A stretch of 61,564 nt of DNA, counting the filler, from Piptocephalis cylindrospora (Eukaryota): the NCBI GenBank assembly GCA_003614145.1. It is 9 parts of 9 records of this genome, joined end to end, with 100 filler letters (N's around TTAATTAATTAA, not from the genome) between each part and the next. Parts side by side here need not be neighbours in the genome. Positions count along the whole stretch, not along the records: positions 6,887 to 13,665 come from KZ988255.1; positions 13,766 to 20,525 come from KZ988256.1; positions 20,626 to 27,375 come from KZ988257.1; 6 more parts are not named here. One strand, given 5' to 3'. Of the stretch, positions 12,002-24,500 are shown in pieces. A program made the translations under genes and the position numbers. The notes under the pieces are model-generated. The model was not told the origin of the DNA. It was given only the letters and a program-made list of their open reading frames with translations, and searched no databases. The first letter of the stretch is position 1. Each line of letters opens with the position of its first letter.

Positions 12002-13580
12002 ATGGACGTAGTCCAAGAAGTAGAAGAGGAGCTCCGTCTCCTCACTCAGAAGCAGCAGAAGACGGCTGATCTGACTGACGCTCGACTAAAGGACATGGTG
12101 GCCTCTCTCCTCTCGGCTGCTGACACCCTAACTGAAAGTAGGTTCTGAAGCGGGAATGCATGGCACGCCCTAGCCTTGTGATGGAGAGAGGGGACAACCA
12201 AAGCAGTTTCGATCTAGGCACCCACTCACCCGCCCCCCAATCCTTCGTTTAGGCAAGGAAAAGGGCCTAGAAGTACTGGGGAAGTTGCACGCGGATACCA
12301 AGACCATGACCACTACTCTCAACTCTCAACACAGAGATTTGTATACCTCCTCTGGTCGGTACATCAAATTCCTCGAAAAGGTATGTCTCACCCGCTGAAT
12401 ACGGTATAAGGGGGGGGATGCACGCACTGACTGATTTCATCCCATCTAGAAATTTGATGGAGATCTCGATGTGGGTTACACTGGAGTACTGGATAATCGT
12501 CTGTCAACAGTACGTGAAGCCGTGATGGTTCATTTGCTCTCCACAGGCCATTTTGACCTAGCAGACCAGTACACCCAGGTAAGCCATTCAATACGGATAA
12601 TACCTCAAGGCTCATCCTCTTCCCTCATGTCCACTAATCACGATCATCAACCGTTGCTGTAGGACAACTCAGCTAGTATCCCCTCAGCCCAAAGAGAAGG
12701 ATACAAGTTGTTAAATAGCATTGTCCTGGCGCTCAGAGGCCGTAATGTCCTCCCCGCCCTGGAATGGGCCACTGAGCAAGCCACCATTCTTGAGACCACG
12801 GCGCCCCCTGGCCAGCCTTCGCTCCTATTCCAGCTGCACTCCCTGCGATATCTACAGATCCTCCAGGAATCTGTCCCTCAGGCTATTCATTATGCCCAAA
12901 AACATCTTGCAGTCTGGTCAAAGGGCCAAGAAGTTATCCTTCGTCGACTCATGTGTGCTGCCCTCTACACAGGCGGCGGGAGCGGAAGCGGGAGTGGAAG
13001 CGGGAGGTCCCTTGGGCTGATGGGGGGCAAAGGGGTCAGACGGCCGAAAAAGTACACCCGCATGGGGGGCTCCCGAGAATGGGAGGACGCGGAGCGGGGA
13101 ATCCGTGAAGGATTTTGTCGAGTGATCGGCGTGGCTGGTGAAAGCCCCCTGGCGACTACGTAAGTATCCCCCTTGTCTTTTTCCCCTCGTTTCACATGAA
13201 CATCCCACCCTTTCCTAAATAACAATAATAACCCCAATTCTCTTCTCCTATCAGACTCTCCATCGGAACCTTGGCTCTTCCGCGAATCTTGAAGATGGCC
13301 AAGGTGAAGCAGGTCAACAAGGCAGAGTGGACCTCGAACAATGAGCTTCCCGTGGAGATCCCCCCCTGCCCGACTCCGCCCACTTTCACTCGGTCTTTGT
13401 GTGCCCTGTGACCAAGGAGCAGTCGGATGAGTCCAACCCTCCCCCAAGAGACTCCCGTGCGGGCATGTCGTTAGCTCGGTAAGCATCCAAAAGCTCGCCA
13501 AAGGCCCCAGTGCCAAGGTCAAGTGTCCTTACTGCCCCAGCCAGTACTTTACCACGGATACTGTTCGGGTCTACTTTTAA
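12002..13580 (+). CDS. RMD5: CTLH/GID E3 ligase RING subunit (RMD5/GID2/RMND5)
   Basis: LisH/CTLH/CRA region ([21 protein letters not shown]) and degenerate [30 protein letters not shown]. Exons 12002-12137, 12253-12380, 12450-12578, 12663-13159, 13255-13580. Two apparent frameshifts lie in C-runs at 13360-13366 and 13441-13445. Confidence 0.88.
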
Positions 13581-13665
13581 AGAGTGCAAGGGGCCTAGCC
13601 AGGACACCAAATGTGGATGGATTCTAGCTAGTATGTGTGTGTGTGTGAAACGAGGGGAAAAAGAC

Positions 13666-13765
13666 NNNNNNNNNNNNNNNNNNNNNNNNNNNNNNNNNNN
13701 NNNNNNNNNTTAATTAATTAANNNNNNNNNNNNNNNNNNNNNNNNNNNNNNNNNNNNNNNNNNNN
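13666..13765. other. Artificial contig linker
   Basis: N44-TTAATTAATTAA-N44. Confidence 0.98.
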
Positions 13766-14991
13766 GGACCCTGGACGGGTCTCGGCCCACTAAACGCTCC
13801 GCTTCCCCGTCCCCATCAGCCACCTCCAATTATAAGATATCCCGAACAGAGTCCACCGCCTCCTCCTCTCCCTCCTCCGTCCTTCCCTCTACCCCCTTCA
13901 AGGTCAAGACCTCTCTTCCAGCCACCAATATCCCGTACGATGATCCTAAGCCAAGGAATCAGATCCCCATCATCCAATTTTGGAATACCGTCGACCCTCA
14001 CTTTAGGCCCTTGACCGAAAATGATCTGGCCTTCCTGGAACCCCCACACCCAGCCACGGCCGCGACCACAACCACGACCACAGCGGCCTCGGCGGAGGGA
14101 ACAAGCAAGGAGGGGTCGGAAGAGGGAGCGACGGGACAGGACGATACGGGCCCCTTTATCATCCCCCCGCTGGGTCGACACTACTCCACTGTGTGGGCCG
14201 AGGAAGACATGCAAAAGTCCGGTCCTGGCCCCACCCCTTCCCCTACCCAAGATCCCGGGGGCCTTAAAGCCCTGTATACCACCGTCGACCGGGCCATGGC
14301 TCCATCGGACCTGACCGATGATCATCTCCTCAGCCCCAAGCCCACCGCAGGCCCCTTGACCTCCCGTCTAGCCGCTGCCCTGATGCGCGACATCGGCGCT
14401 CACCGCGTCTGGGGCACCGATCCGCACATTCGCGCCAAGGCCTACAAGCAGACCTTTGACACCCTGGAGGGTCGGATCGAGCGTGAGCTGGCCCGCATCG
14501 GCCTAGTCCCCGAGGGCACCCAGGTCGACTGGACCGCCCAGGAAGATGATCCCCTATGCGCCGAGTTACGCAAGCTCCAGGAGGAATTAGTCAATGTCAA
14601 GGAGAAAAACGACCGACGTAAGCAGCTTCTTATTCCCCGCGTCCGCGATCGCATCGCCTACCAACAATACCTGAGTATCCGGGATGATCTAGACAAGGAT
14701 GTCTACGAACACGGTGTCAAACGACCCGGGTCCAAGGGCAAGAAGAAGAAGGGTCCTGGATCTTCCTCCTCCTCTTCCTCCTCCTCCTCGGTCATCTTCC
14801 TTCCCGAGGCCGCTGTTCCATCCCTGAAGCGACGACGTGCCTTTATCGATGCCCTTGGTCCCATATTTGACGATGATAAATTCACCGACCCTCCCACCGA
14901 GTTGTTTCACGAGGATGACGGGGATGGCAATGGGAGTGGGGATGGGGGTGGGGATGGAGAGGGTGAGAGGGCTGAAGGGAGCAAGGGATGA
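13766..14991 (+). CDS. ADA3: Transcriptional adapter 3 (SAGA HAT module), 5' partial
   Basis: NQIPIIQFWNTVDPHFRPLTENDLAFL, IPPLGRHYSTVWAEED, GPLTSRLAAAL, LEGRIERELARIGL, EDDPLCAELRKLQEEL. The frame is open from the contig start. Confidence 0.9.
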
Positions 14992-15587
14992 GCCGTGAAC
15001 CCTGTACTTTATATAGGTGTGTGGGATGGTGTGGTCCTAGGTGGGATGGAGGATAATGTGGGATGGGACCTGGTATGGAGGGTCAACAGGACCGGACGCG
15101 ACGTGAACTGTTGACGGTCGGACGCGACATGGCATGGGGATGGTCCGAGACGCGTCGCTGATGATAAATCCATGCGCGCGGTAGTGGCTTTGTACGCCCG
15201 CTCTATACACTATATATTCGGAGTCTTTATCTCTCTCCTTGCCCAAGCAACACAGTACACTCTTTTCCCTCCATTATCGCGTCAACAAGAATAAAGACTG
15301 AATCAAGGAAAGTAAACCTCGTGTATTGCAGAAAAGAGGTCATGGTGGGAGGGGAGGGGAGAGAATGGAAAAAGAAACACGCGTCTCTCACCCCAGTGGA
15401 AGGAAAAAGCGATGCATTCCCCACCACCATCCCATCCCATCCCCTCGCCCTACCATCCTCCTCCCTATCACACACTCACCTATCCATCTTCAAGGGTCTT
15501 TGGGTGAAAAGGGCCCAAGAGTAGGAAGGGGAGAGTGATGGGGGGGGGGGAAGAGGTGGGGAGAAATGGCCCTTGTCCTAACCCGCT

Positions 15588-16108
15588 TTACTCGGAGGCG
15601 GCGCGAAGAGCCTGGACGGCAATGCGGTCGAGGTCACGACGGCCCTCCTGGGAGATACGGCGGCCACTATGGATGGAGAAAAGAGGGGAAAGGTCAGTAT
15701 AGATTTCCACATGCCTATACGTCTCAAAGCGTCCATAGCAATGACTTACCCGTTGTCAGACTTCTCGAGGAGGTTGAGCTTCTCAAGGGCCTGGAGGACC
15801 TTGCGCTCGACGGAGCCGGAGGAAGTGGCGTGGTGGGAGGGGCGGGAACCGCGGTTCTTCTGGCCACCATGACGCTTCTGGAGGGCACCGACACCGACAC
15901 CGGGGCGAAGGTAGATGTGACGGACGACGGCAGCGGCGTGGATGTAGAACCAGTTGGGGTCATAAGGGGCCAGCTCCTTGTAGGGGGCGGTCTTGACGAG
16001 GTCGACCCACTTGGGGACCTCGAGCTTCCCGGAGCTCTTGAGGTGGGCGGCGTAAGCCTGGATAAAGACGGGGGCGCTAACGTCCTTGACGGTGATACCG
16101 ACAGCCAT
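15588..16108 (-). CDS. RPS19: 40S ribosomal protein S19 (eS19)
   Basis: ITVKDVSAPVFIQAYAAHLK..WVDLVKT..KELAPYDPNWFY..GRRISQEGRRDLDRIA. Exons 16108-15750 and 15666-15588; probable 5'UTR intron at about 16448-16118. Confidence 0.97.
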
Positions 16109-17151
16109 GATCTTGTACTGGGTTGGGGGTTGGGGGAGGGGTCTGTGGGGGAAGGGGAGAAGAAAGAAGAAAAGAGAGATGAGTCAGGGGGCTGATCCAA
16201 CGACGATGGCAAAAAGAGGCCAGGACATGTGGAGAATGCTTTTTTTCCTCTTTTTTTTTTCTTCCTTTCTACTTGCACATCCTCCCTCCCGGATGGCACT
16301 GTCACCGCGAAGGGAAACGGCCATATTCTCTCCTCTCTCTCTCTCTCTCCCACCCTTTCACTAGATCCTTCACGCACACCAGTAGCATACCACCAAGAGG
16401 GGTCAAAAAGGAAAGAGATGGAGGGGAAGGAGGGAAGGGGGAGCTTACCTCGGGAAACACGTCGAAGCGGCGGGTGTCAGGAAATCGAGAGGAAGAGAAG
16501 GAAGGCCTTCTGGGGGCGGGTGTAGGGGCGGAGACCTCCTCGTCCTCTCCCTTCTTTCCTGATTTTTCCTCTTGTCTCTCCTCCCCCCTCACACACGCAC
16601 TGTGTGTGTGTGTGTGTGTGTATGTGTATGAAGTCCTCTCCACACTTGAGCGAGAGATGGGAGTGAGTCAGGAAGAGAAGGTGTACCCCTCCTCCAACCA
16701 GCTCCTCCCTACCCACACCCACTGCTCGCCAATCTCCATATTGACTGGGCCAGCCTGGGTGTCTTGGTAGGGCGCAAGGTGAAAAAAGAAGAGAGGGAAA
16801 AAAAAGGCTTGCCGCCCATACATAGCCAGAATCCGAGAGGGTGATTGGCTAATCCCCCACACTGGGAAGGTGGAACTCTGAGATTTTTCAAAAAACGACC
16901 GTTTATCCTTATCAAGTGAAAATACTCTTTTTTCAGGTCACAATTCACCAGGTTTTCACATGAGCTCGGTCATTGCCTTTAAAATTGAAAACATGTCTAT
17001 TTTCGGGGTTTAGATTTCAAAGGCATCTCCTTTGAATCCTCCCCATTCCTCTTGCACATCCTCCCAGAGTTTGTCAATAGGGAGAAGATCCAACCCAAAC
17101 TAAATCTCCCTCCCACCCAACCCCCTCTTCCTCCCACTCCTCATCCTTCCC

Positions 17152-20093
17152 ATGACGAGTATAGTCAACTTCACGGCCCTGACCGGCTCGTTATCGGATA
17201 AACCCTTATGCTATCTTTTGCGCGTTGACGACGCCCTCTTCCTTCTCGACTGCGGTTGGGACGATCGGTTCCTCCCAGAGGATCTCGAGCTCCTGGCCGC
17301 CTATGCCCGTCAGGTCAACGTCCTCCTCCTCTCTCACCCCGACTTGACCCATCTCGGCGCCTATCCCTATGCCCAGGCCTCCCTGGGCCTCGATGCCGCC
17401 GTCTACGCCACTCTCCCCACCCAGAATATGGGTCGTATGTGTCTGCAGGACGCTGTCCTCCGTCGCATGGAGGGCGAGGACTTTACCCTCATGACCCCGG
17501 CTTCCGTCAACGACGCCTTTGACCGCATCCAGCCTCTGAGGTACTCCCAACCCACCTCCCTCCTGGGCAAGTGCCTTGGTATCTCCATCACCGCTTACGC
17601 CGCTGGTCACACTATCGGTGGTACCATATGGAAAATCCAAAAAGAATCCGATGAAATTGTCTATGCCGTCGACATCAACCATCGTCGTGAACTTCATCTC
17701 AATGGAACCGCCCTCCACTCCAATGGTACCATTCTCGACGCCCTCCACAGACCCTCCCTTCTCATCACCTCCACCCACTCCTCCCTCTCCTCCACCGCCC
17801 CACGCAAGGATCGACACGCTTCCCTTCACTCCACCCTCTCGGAAACCCTACTCTCCGGTGGCAATGTCCTCCTCCCCATCGATGCCTCCTCCAGAGTTCT
17901 CGAACTCCTTTATCTCCTCGAGCAGCACTGGTCTCTTCATCGTCTCTCCTACCCCATCTTCTTTCTCTCAAAAACCGCTTATCGTACCATCCATTATGCT
18001 AAAAGTATGCTCGAATGGATGGGCGACGGTATCACAGAGCAATTCGCCACCACCCGTGAGAATCCTTTCGATTTAAGGTAAACCTCTTTCATGGTGGTAT
18101 TACACGTAAAATCTGTTTCACTTATCCTCTTCTCTTCTCCTCCCTCATAGACATATTCGGTTGTGTCATCGCGTTGAAGAGGTAGAGGCTGTCCAAGGCC
18201 CAAAAGTTGTCCTGGCCACTGGATCCTCCCTTCTCTCAGGCCCATCCAGGGTCCTCCTTTCTCAATGGGCTCCTCACCCGGAGAATGTTCTCCTGCTCAC
18301 CCAACGATCTTTCCCTTCCTCTATGGCCAATCAGCTTCTGAGCCTATGGGAGGAGGCATCAGGCGTCTCGGCCCAACAAGGCCTTGGTCCCGTGGCTTCC
18401 CTACCTAACGGTCCTACTCATATTCCGGTACGTTTTCTTTTTGAGAGGCTGGATAAGAGGAAAAAAAATCTTATTCTATCCTTCCCTTTCCCTGATCGTA
18501 GATCAAAAAGCGTGTTGCTTTGGAAGGAAAGGAATTAGAAACTTACCGGATTGAGGAGGCCAAGAAGCGCCTTCGACTCGAGGAGGAAGCTGCCTTGCGT
18601 AGGGAAGCTGCCATTCTCTCGGGTGAGGCTGTCACTCTTCCTGGGGTGGACATTTCCGATGACGAGGCAGACGATGACGATGAGGAGGGAGTGGAAGGGG
18701 AGAGGGGCATGATGGGAGCCGAGTCCAAGGCCCCTCAGAATTCACTACTATCCAAGGAAGGGGATGAGGGTATTGTTCCAAGTAGGAAGCGGGAAAGGCC
18801 AAAGGAATCTGACTCTAATCCGAATGATCCATCCAGCCATGTCCTACACCAGCAATTTGACGTTTACGTTCGGGATCTCTATCAGGGAGGTCTGGACACC
18901 CAGGGACTTGCCTACCCCACCGAGGATGATCCCGAGGAGGAGGAGGAAGAGGGGGGGGGGAGGGTGATGAAGTCAGGGCTGGAGGAGGAAGGAAGCGCGT
19001 CTTCCTCGGCGATGCCCTCCTACGTATGTTCCCCTTCCAAGAGCGACGCCGTCGATTCAACGAGTATGGTGAGGCTATCCATGCTGAGGATTACATGAAG
19101 GCATCGGATCTCCAGGCTGCCTCTTCCTTGGCCAAGGCCTCCTTTGGTCCATCTGGTCCCTCCGCTGTCGGTCACCCCGATTTCCCCGATGATCCCACCG
19201 ATCCTATTCTCGGTGAAGAAGATCCTCTGATGGACTCGGTCTCCCCCTCTTCCTCCAAAAAGGCCCAGTCCGAACCCGTCAAGTACATCACCCTCGATGA
19301 AGGCCCCATCACCTGGCAATGCAAGGTCCAGTACATTGACATGGAGGGTCTGTCCGATGGCCGCTCCCTCCATATGATTCTTCCCCAGGTTAATCCTCGC
19401 AAGGTCCTCTTCGTTGCCGGAAACCGCAAGGAAACCAATGCCATGTCCGAAACCTGTCTCGCCCTCTCCGCCTTCACCCGTGATGTTCAGATCCCCCACG
19501 AGGGGCTAGCTCTCAACGTTTCCTCCTCAACCAACATCTACCGACTTCGTCTGGGTGATCAATTGGTCGGTTCCCTGAACTTTCAGATTCTTGGGGATTA
19601 TGAGATTGCCCGTGTTCGTGGCTTTGTCGAAGAGGAAGACACGGAGGAGAAGGAGGCTGAGGGGAAGGAGAAGAACAAGGACAACGAAGTAATGGAGGAG
19701 GCAAAGAGGCCCGTACCCATCCTCCATGCTTTCACGGATGTTCAGCATGCCCCCCACTCCCCCTCCCCTCCAGTCCCTCAGCTACCCGGCATGTCTCTCA
19801 AGGAAAAATCCACATTGGTAGGTGAAGTTCGACTTCCGGAGCTTCGAAGGCTCATTCAGGCCTCAGGTCTTCAAGCCGACTTTCGTGGGGAAGGTGTCCT
19901 TGTCTGTACTCCTGGTGGTGTGACCATTCGGAAGGTAGGTCTTTCTTTCTTCTTACCCAACCCTGACCCAGCGCACTCACCCCCTTCCCTACCTTGATAG
20001 ACGGCGACTGGAAAAGTGGCCATCCAAGGCCCATTAAGTGAGGTGTACTTTAAGGTACGCAAGCTCTTGTACTCTCAATTTGCCATTGTGTGA
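17152..20093 (+). CDS. CPSF2: Cleavage and polyadenylation specificity factor 100 kDa subunit
   Basis: MBL/beta-CASP fold: LLDCGW, LLSHPDLTHLGAYPY, AGHTIGGTIWKI, YIDMEGLSDGRS; C-terminus YFKVRKLLYSQFAIV*. Three introns; apparent frameshift in the G10 run at 18951-18960. Confidence 0.95.
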
Positions 20094-20525
20094 TGTGTCC
20101 TTCAGTGCCGGTGAGGATCGTTTAAAGGGTGTAGGTGAATACATGGACGATGGATATGTACCTCCTTGCTAGAGCGGAGGAAATAGGTTAAGGGTCTTTT
20201 TTTCTTCTGTGTCATTACTACTACTGCCGTTGTAAGGAATCGACACTTACTGTTTGCAGTACAGATAATGCGGCATAATCAGATCATTTAAAGATGTTGG
20301 TAAAGCTTGAGATGGATTGAACTGACATGGCGTGTTAGCTTCTATCTCTACCCATCGCCGTGCTATGTACTCATACACATACACCCCTATCCACTGACAC
20401 ATTCGTTGTACATCCTGGACATGGGAGGTGTGGAGACTCAATGCAACACACATTGCTTCACTTTATGCTCCGCCCATTCTGTATCATACTCTATCTCTCC
20501 CACCCACGCCCCACACCGCTCCCAC

Positions 20526-20625
20526 NNNNNNNNNNNNNNNNNNNNNNNNNNNNNNNNNNNNNNNNNNNNTTAATTAATTAANNNNNNNNNNNNNNNNNNN
20601 NNNNNNNNNNNNNNNNNNNNNNNNN
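20526..20625. other. Artificial contig linker
   Basis: N44-TTAATTAATTAA-N44. Confidence 0.98.
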
Positions 20626-20786
20626 TTTATACTGAGTGTTCCCTTTTTTTTTCCACGAAAAATTTACGTGGCACAAAGATATAGAGAACTGCCTGGCGGC
20701 ATAGACGATAGACCCAAGCGCTACTGGTCCATACAAAGACATGGAGGCACGCGGTACCGATTGCCCAAAGGCCTCGGCGCATGTTG

Positions 20787-20911
20787 TGATGATGATAAAA
20801 CCATTTTATTTTCCCCAGTGGGGTAGGCAGATGGGCATCCGAACACAGTGTCTGCTAGTATAGCTGGCATGTGTGGTACCAGGAGCACTATGCTCCCGAC
20901 GCGTACCCTAT
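20787..20911 (-). mobile_element. Longer (about 125 bp) copy of the (ATC)n-tailed short repeat
   Basis: Minus strand reads ATAGGGTACGCGTCGGGAGCATAGTGCTCCTGGTACC...AGCAGACACTGTGTTCGGATGCCCATCTGCCTACCCCACTGGGGAAAATAAAATGGTTTTATCATCATCA. Confidence 0.75.
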
Positions 20912-21061
20912 GTTAAAGAATAGATGGATGGTGGCGCGTGCTGTAATCTGAGAAAGGGATGATGCATCCACAAAGGATGAGCAATTTCTGTCAATTTTTA
21001 CCTAGTTTGGATTAACATACCCTGTTCCTTGGGTGATTCCCCATAAGAAAATACGTTTTTT

Positions 21062-21188
21062 ATAGGGTACGCGTTGGAGACTCTGTCCCTAGTACCATGT
21101 ATGCCAGTCTGACTACAGGCAGTCAATGTGTTTAGATGCTCATCTGCCTATCTCACTGGGGAAAATAAAATGGGTTTATCATCATCAT
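21062..21188 (+). mobile_element. Diverged copy of the same short repeat
   Basis: ATAGGGTACGCGTTGGAGA...GATGCTCATCTGCCTATCTCACTGGGGAAAATAAAATGGGTTTATCATCATCAT. Shares its 5' boundary with the copy at 20911. Confidence 0.7.
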
Positions 21189-21577
21189 TATATATATATT
21201 AATCTGATTTATTCTCTAGACATACATCAAGGGCTTCGTTGTGGGCGCCACGGGCTTCTTACCTGCCGATATAGATATACACTTGATTTGTCTAAATTAC
21301 CAAATATGCTAAGTACAGATGGCCTTTTCTAAATGATGATCATCTCAGCTTGCACCGCAGCATAACGACCAAGGCTTTATGAGTGCGCTACTTCCCCAAT
21401 GTCTCATTGCTGCATGCCAACTCCGACGACTAGCTGGTAAACAAAGGGAGATCGCGTCACGTCAATTCCAGCTCAGGGGCATCAAGCTATCTTTCCCGCC
21501 TCTCTCTTCTCCCTCCTAGTTTGCCCTATCTGCACCCTCCTCTACTCGTTCATCCCATTCTCTCTTCTCTCCGCAGT

Positions 21578-24500
21578 ATGCCGCCTCCAAGGAAGAGGCC
21601 TTTTGTACCCTCAGAAGCGGATGCCTCGGAGGCTCGCTCGATTACTCTTCCTTTGCAACGACAACGATCGCTCGGCACGCAACCTAGGAGGGGTGCCTTG
21701 ATGGCAAGGGTTGGGCAAGCGGAAATGAACCAGGAAAATATCCTATCAAGTTCGGAGAGTTCATCAGGAGAGCAACATGGCTCAAAGGAACAAGGAGATC
21801 GACGGGAGGGACGTCCCTCTACTCAAAGTTAGTATCTGTTCACTCCTCCAACTATTATTATTTTATGATTGGCCCTAATAATTCCTTTTTCCAGAAAAAG
21901 CAACAGCGAGACAAAGTTTAGCATTTCGAGCCTCCATTCTTCCGTCCACTCCGGAGCCCACGAGAGGGGAAAAGAGAAAGGCACCAGGCAGCTCTTCGTT
22001 GATACAAGAAAAGTATCGAATGCAAGAAGATACCTTGGTGCGATGGCTGAACCATGCGCTGCGGAACCCAAAAAATATTTTATTGGATGCTGGGGGCTCC
22101 GTTAACCTTGAATTTACCGAAGGATCCTCTTTGTTAGCAGGATCGGAACTTAAGCATACTGTGCTCTCCTGTGCAGACTTGCTACGAGGGGTTGGGTATC
22201 AAAGGGCGATGGCAGCTATTGAAAAGGTACGGTCTATTGTATTTTTGGATCATCTCTTTGGGTTGATGGGTGATGCTCATTTTATCTTCCTCCGATGACT
22301 AGGTCTATCGAATCTATCAACAAGAGCACCCAAATTGGAGGCCCTGCATCACTAAGGATATATTGGATCGTCTTGTGTTCATCCTTCAATACTACTCTCC
22401 CGAATTTCTTCATGTTGGCGTGATGGTGCTGGTTAAGGGATCAGAGAGGAAGGAGGTGAAAGACTCTGCCAGCCCTTCCACCTGGATATCCCTTGTAGGT
22501 GATTGATGAACCGCTGATGGGTGGATCTAATGTCATGAATCCCTTCTCATTTTCTTTCTCTAGCTCATTGACCCTGAAGGTCTCCTTCTGCAAGATAAGG
22601 CAAGAGACATTGACTATCGGGAAGCAATTATTCAAGTTCTAGGCCTAGTAAAGCTACTGGATCTCTCCATGGAAGCTGGGCTTTTCCCCCCTGGAAGGTC
22701 ACTCATTCAGCCTGTATGACATTCCATTGACGTTATTATTCCTAAATTTCTAATTAACCACCATTTTTGTTCTCTTTTTTCCTGCATCCCTGGAACTACT
22801 AGGAATCTGAGATGACCTCAAGTACTGGAATTCTGCAGGAGATAGTTCCAATACTATTTACCCGAGGATCTCGATGGGCTGGGGTACTCCAGACTCATGG
22901 CTATTCCCTTCACTACACTCAGAGCTCTTTGGATGGAGTATGTCTTTCAGTTGAGGACCTTGGAAAGGATCTACAGGATGGAGTGGGCCTCTTAGCGCTG
23001 ATACGACTTGGCTCACACCAGGCAAAGCTAGAGATTGACCAGGTAAGTAGGCCGTGTATCTTTTCTGAGCTCAATCATAGGGGCGCTTCGAAGACCTAGT
23101 ATCCTTAGTCACTTGATATTGATAATTTCTTTTTCGCTATTTGAATCGCCTGTAGAGAATTCAATACCCAGCAAAGACCCTAAATCAGAAATTACACAAC
23201 GCTAGGCTCTTCTTTTCTACGCTAGCGACTACACCTTTCAGATTAAACCTTCGAGCATCGGGGGTCTCCCCAAAGGATCTGGTGGAAGGAAGGAAGGATC
23301 GGATCATGGTTGTCTTATGGCAAGTCCTACTACAATGGCATCTCCCCACCCTCATTCCCTCTCGAGTATTACTTGGGGAGGTTGCTACCCTGAAAACCCC
23401 AGATATACCTTCTACTGTAGGTCTTTTTGTATATGGAACGTGATTGGAATGCGCTGCTGTATGACTCATCCGTTTCCGAGATCTCTTCCCCTTTCTCCTT
23501 TATAGCAGGATCGTTTACCTCTCTACTTTCGCAACGAGATGATTAGCCTTCTTCTTCGTTGGTGTCAATGTGTAGTAGCGGCCTCTCGTAGTGAGGACGA
23601 GGAGGGACGTAGACCCATTGTCCCCAATTTCACTATGTCTTTTGCGGACGGATCTGTGCTATGTCTCCTGATTGCCCACTATCGCCCTGACCTTATTGAT
23701 GCACGCAGAGTCATCATAGGGGAGGAGGGGGGAAGGAAGCGATCCAAAGTGGAAGTTGAAAGCCGAGAAGGATCAGTCGGACCTGGGGAACCATCTTGGT
23801 TCGTCGATTTGGCCAAGGCTCAAGATAGCTCACCTGTACATGTCGCTTGGCGCAGGAATGTGAATCTCCTTTCCCGAGCCATCCCGCATCTCCCAGGAAT
23901 GCCCATGCTCTGTAAGTTCATTGTCTCTTACACTGAGGGCTGATTATGCTCTTATCGATCATAGGATAGCTCCATTTATGCTTATGTATACTATCTGGCG
24001 CTTTCTCTTAGTGAATGAGGAATTCCACCCAATCCCAGATGATCGATCTATTATCCTTATCGTTTCCCATCTTTCCCGATCCCTTTTAATCATGGAAAAG
24101 AATGGCAATAGGCCCAATTCACCCTTACCTTTGAAGCCTTTGCGTACCGCGCGCAGTCAAGTCAAATTGGCTCAGAAGGCAACCAGGGTGATAGAGAGAG
24201 CCTGGAGGGAGTATCGGGATCGAAAAAAGATCCTAGATCGGATATCTAGGATGGCCCAAATGTTCCGTCGGTTTGATGGAGCAGCTCGTACCATCCAAAG
24301 CCACTGGCGATCCCGAGTTCAAGGTCTTCAACAACAACAAAGATTTCAAGACCTACGTAGGACTGTATCATTGATGCAGGCCGTGTGGAAAAGATCTAGG
24401 GCCTTTAAGAGGCGAGTTGAGGCGGAAAGAGGCGAGCTAAGAGCGCGCCGGGCCCAAAAGGCCAGGCTTATCCTGGTGCAGGCTCAATGTCGAGGCTGGT

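Noticed and set aside
16118..16448. snoRNA in the RPS19 5'UTR intron
   Set aside because: No convincing C/D or H/ACA box arrangement seen.
20787..20856. C/D snoRNA reading of the repeat (ATGATGA)
   Set aside because: The C-box-like text is the reverse complement of the (ATC)n tail, there is no terminal CTGA D box, and the TSD at 9970 favours a retroposon.
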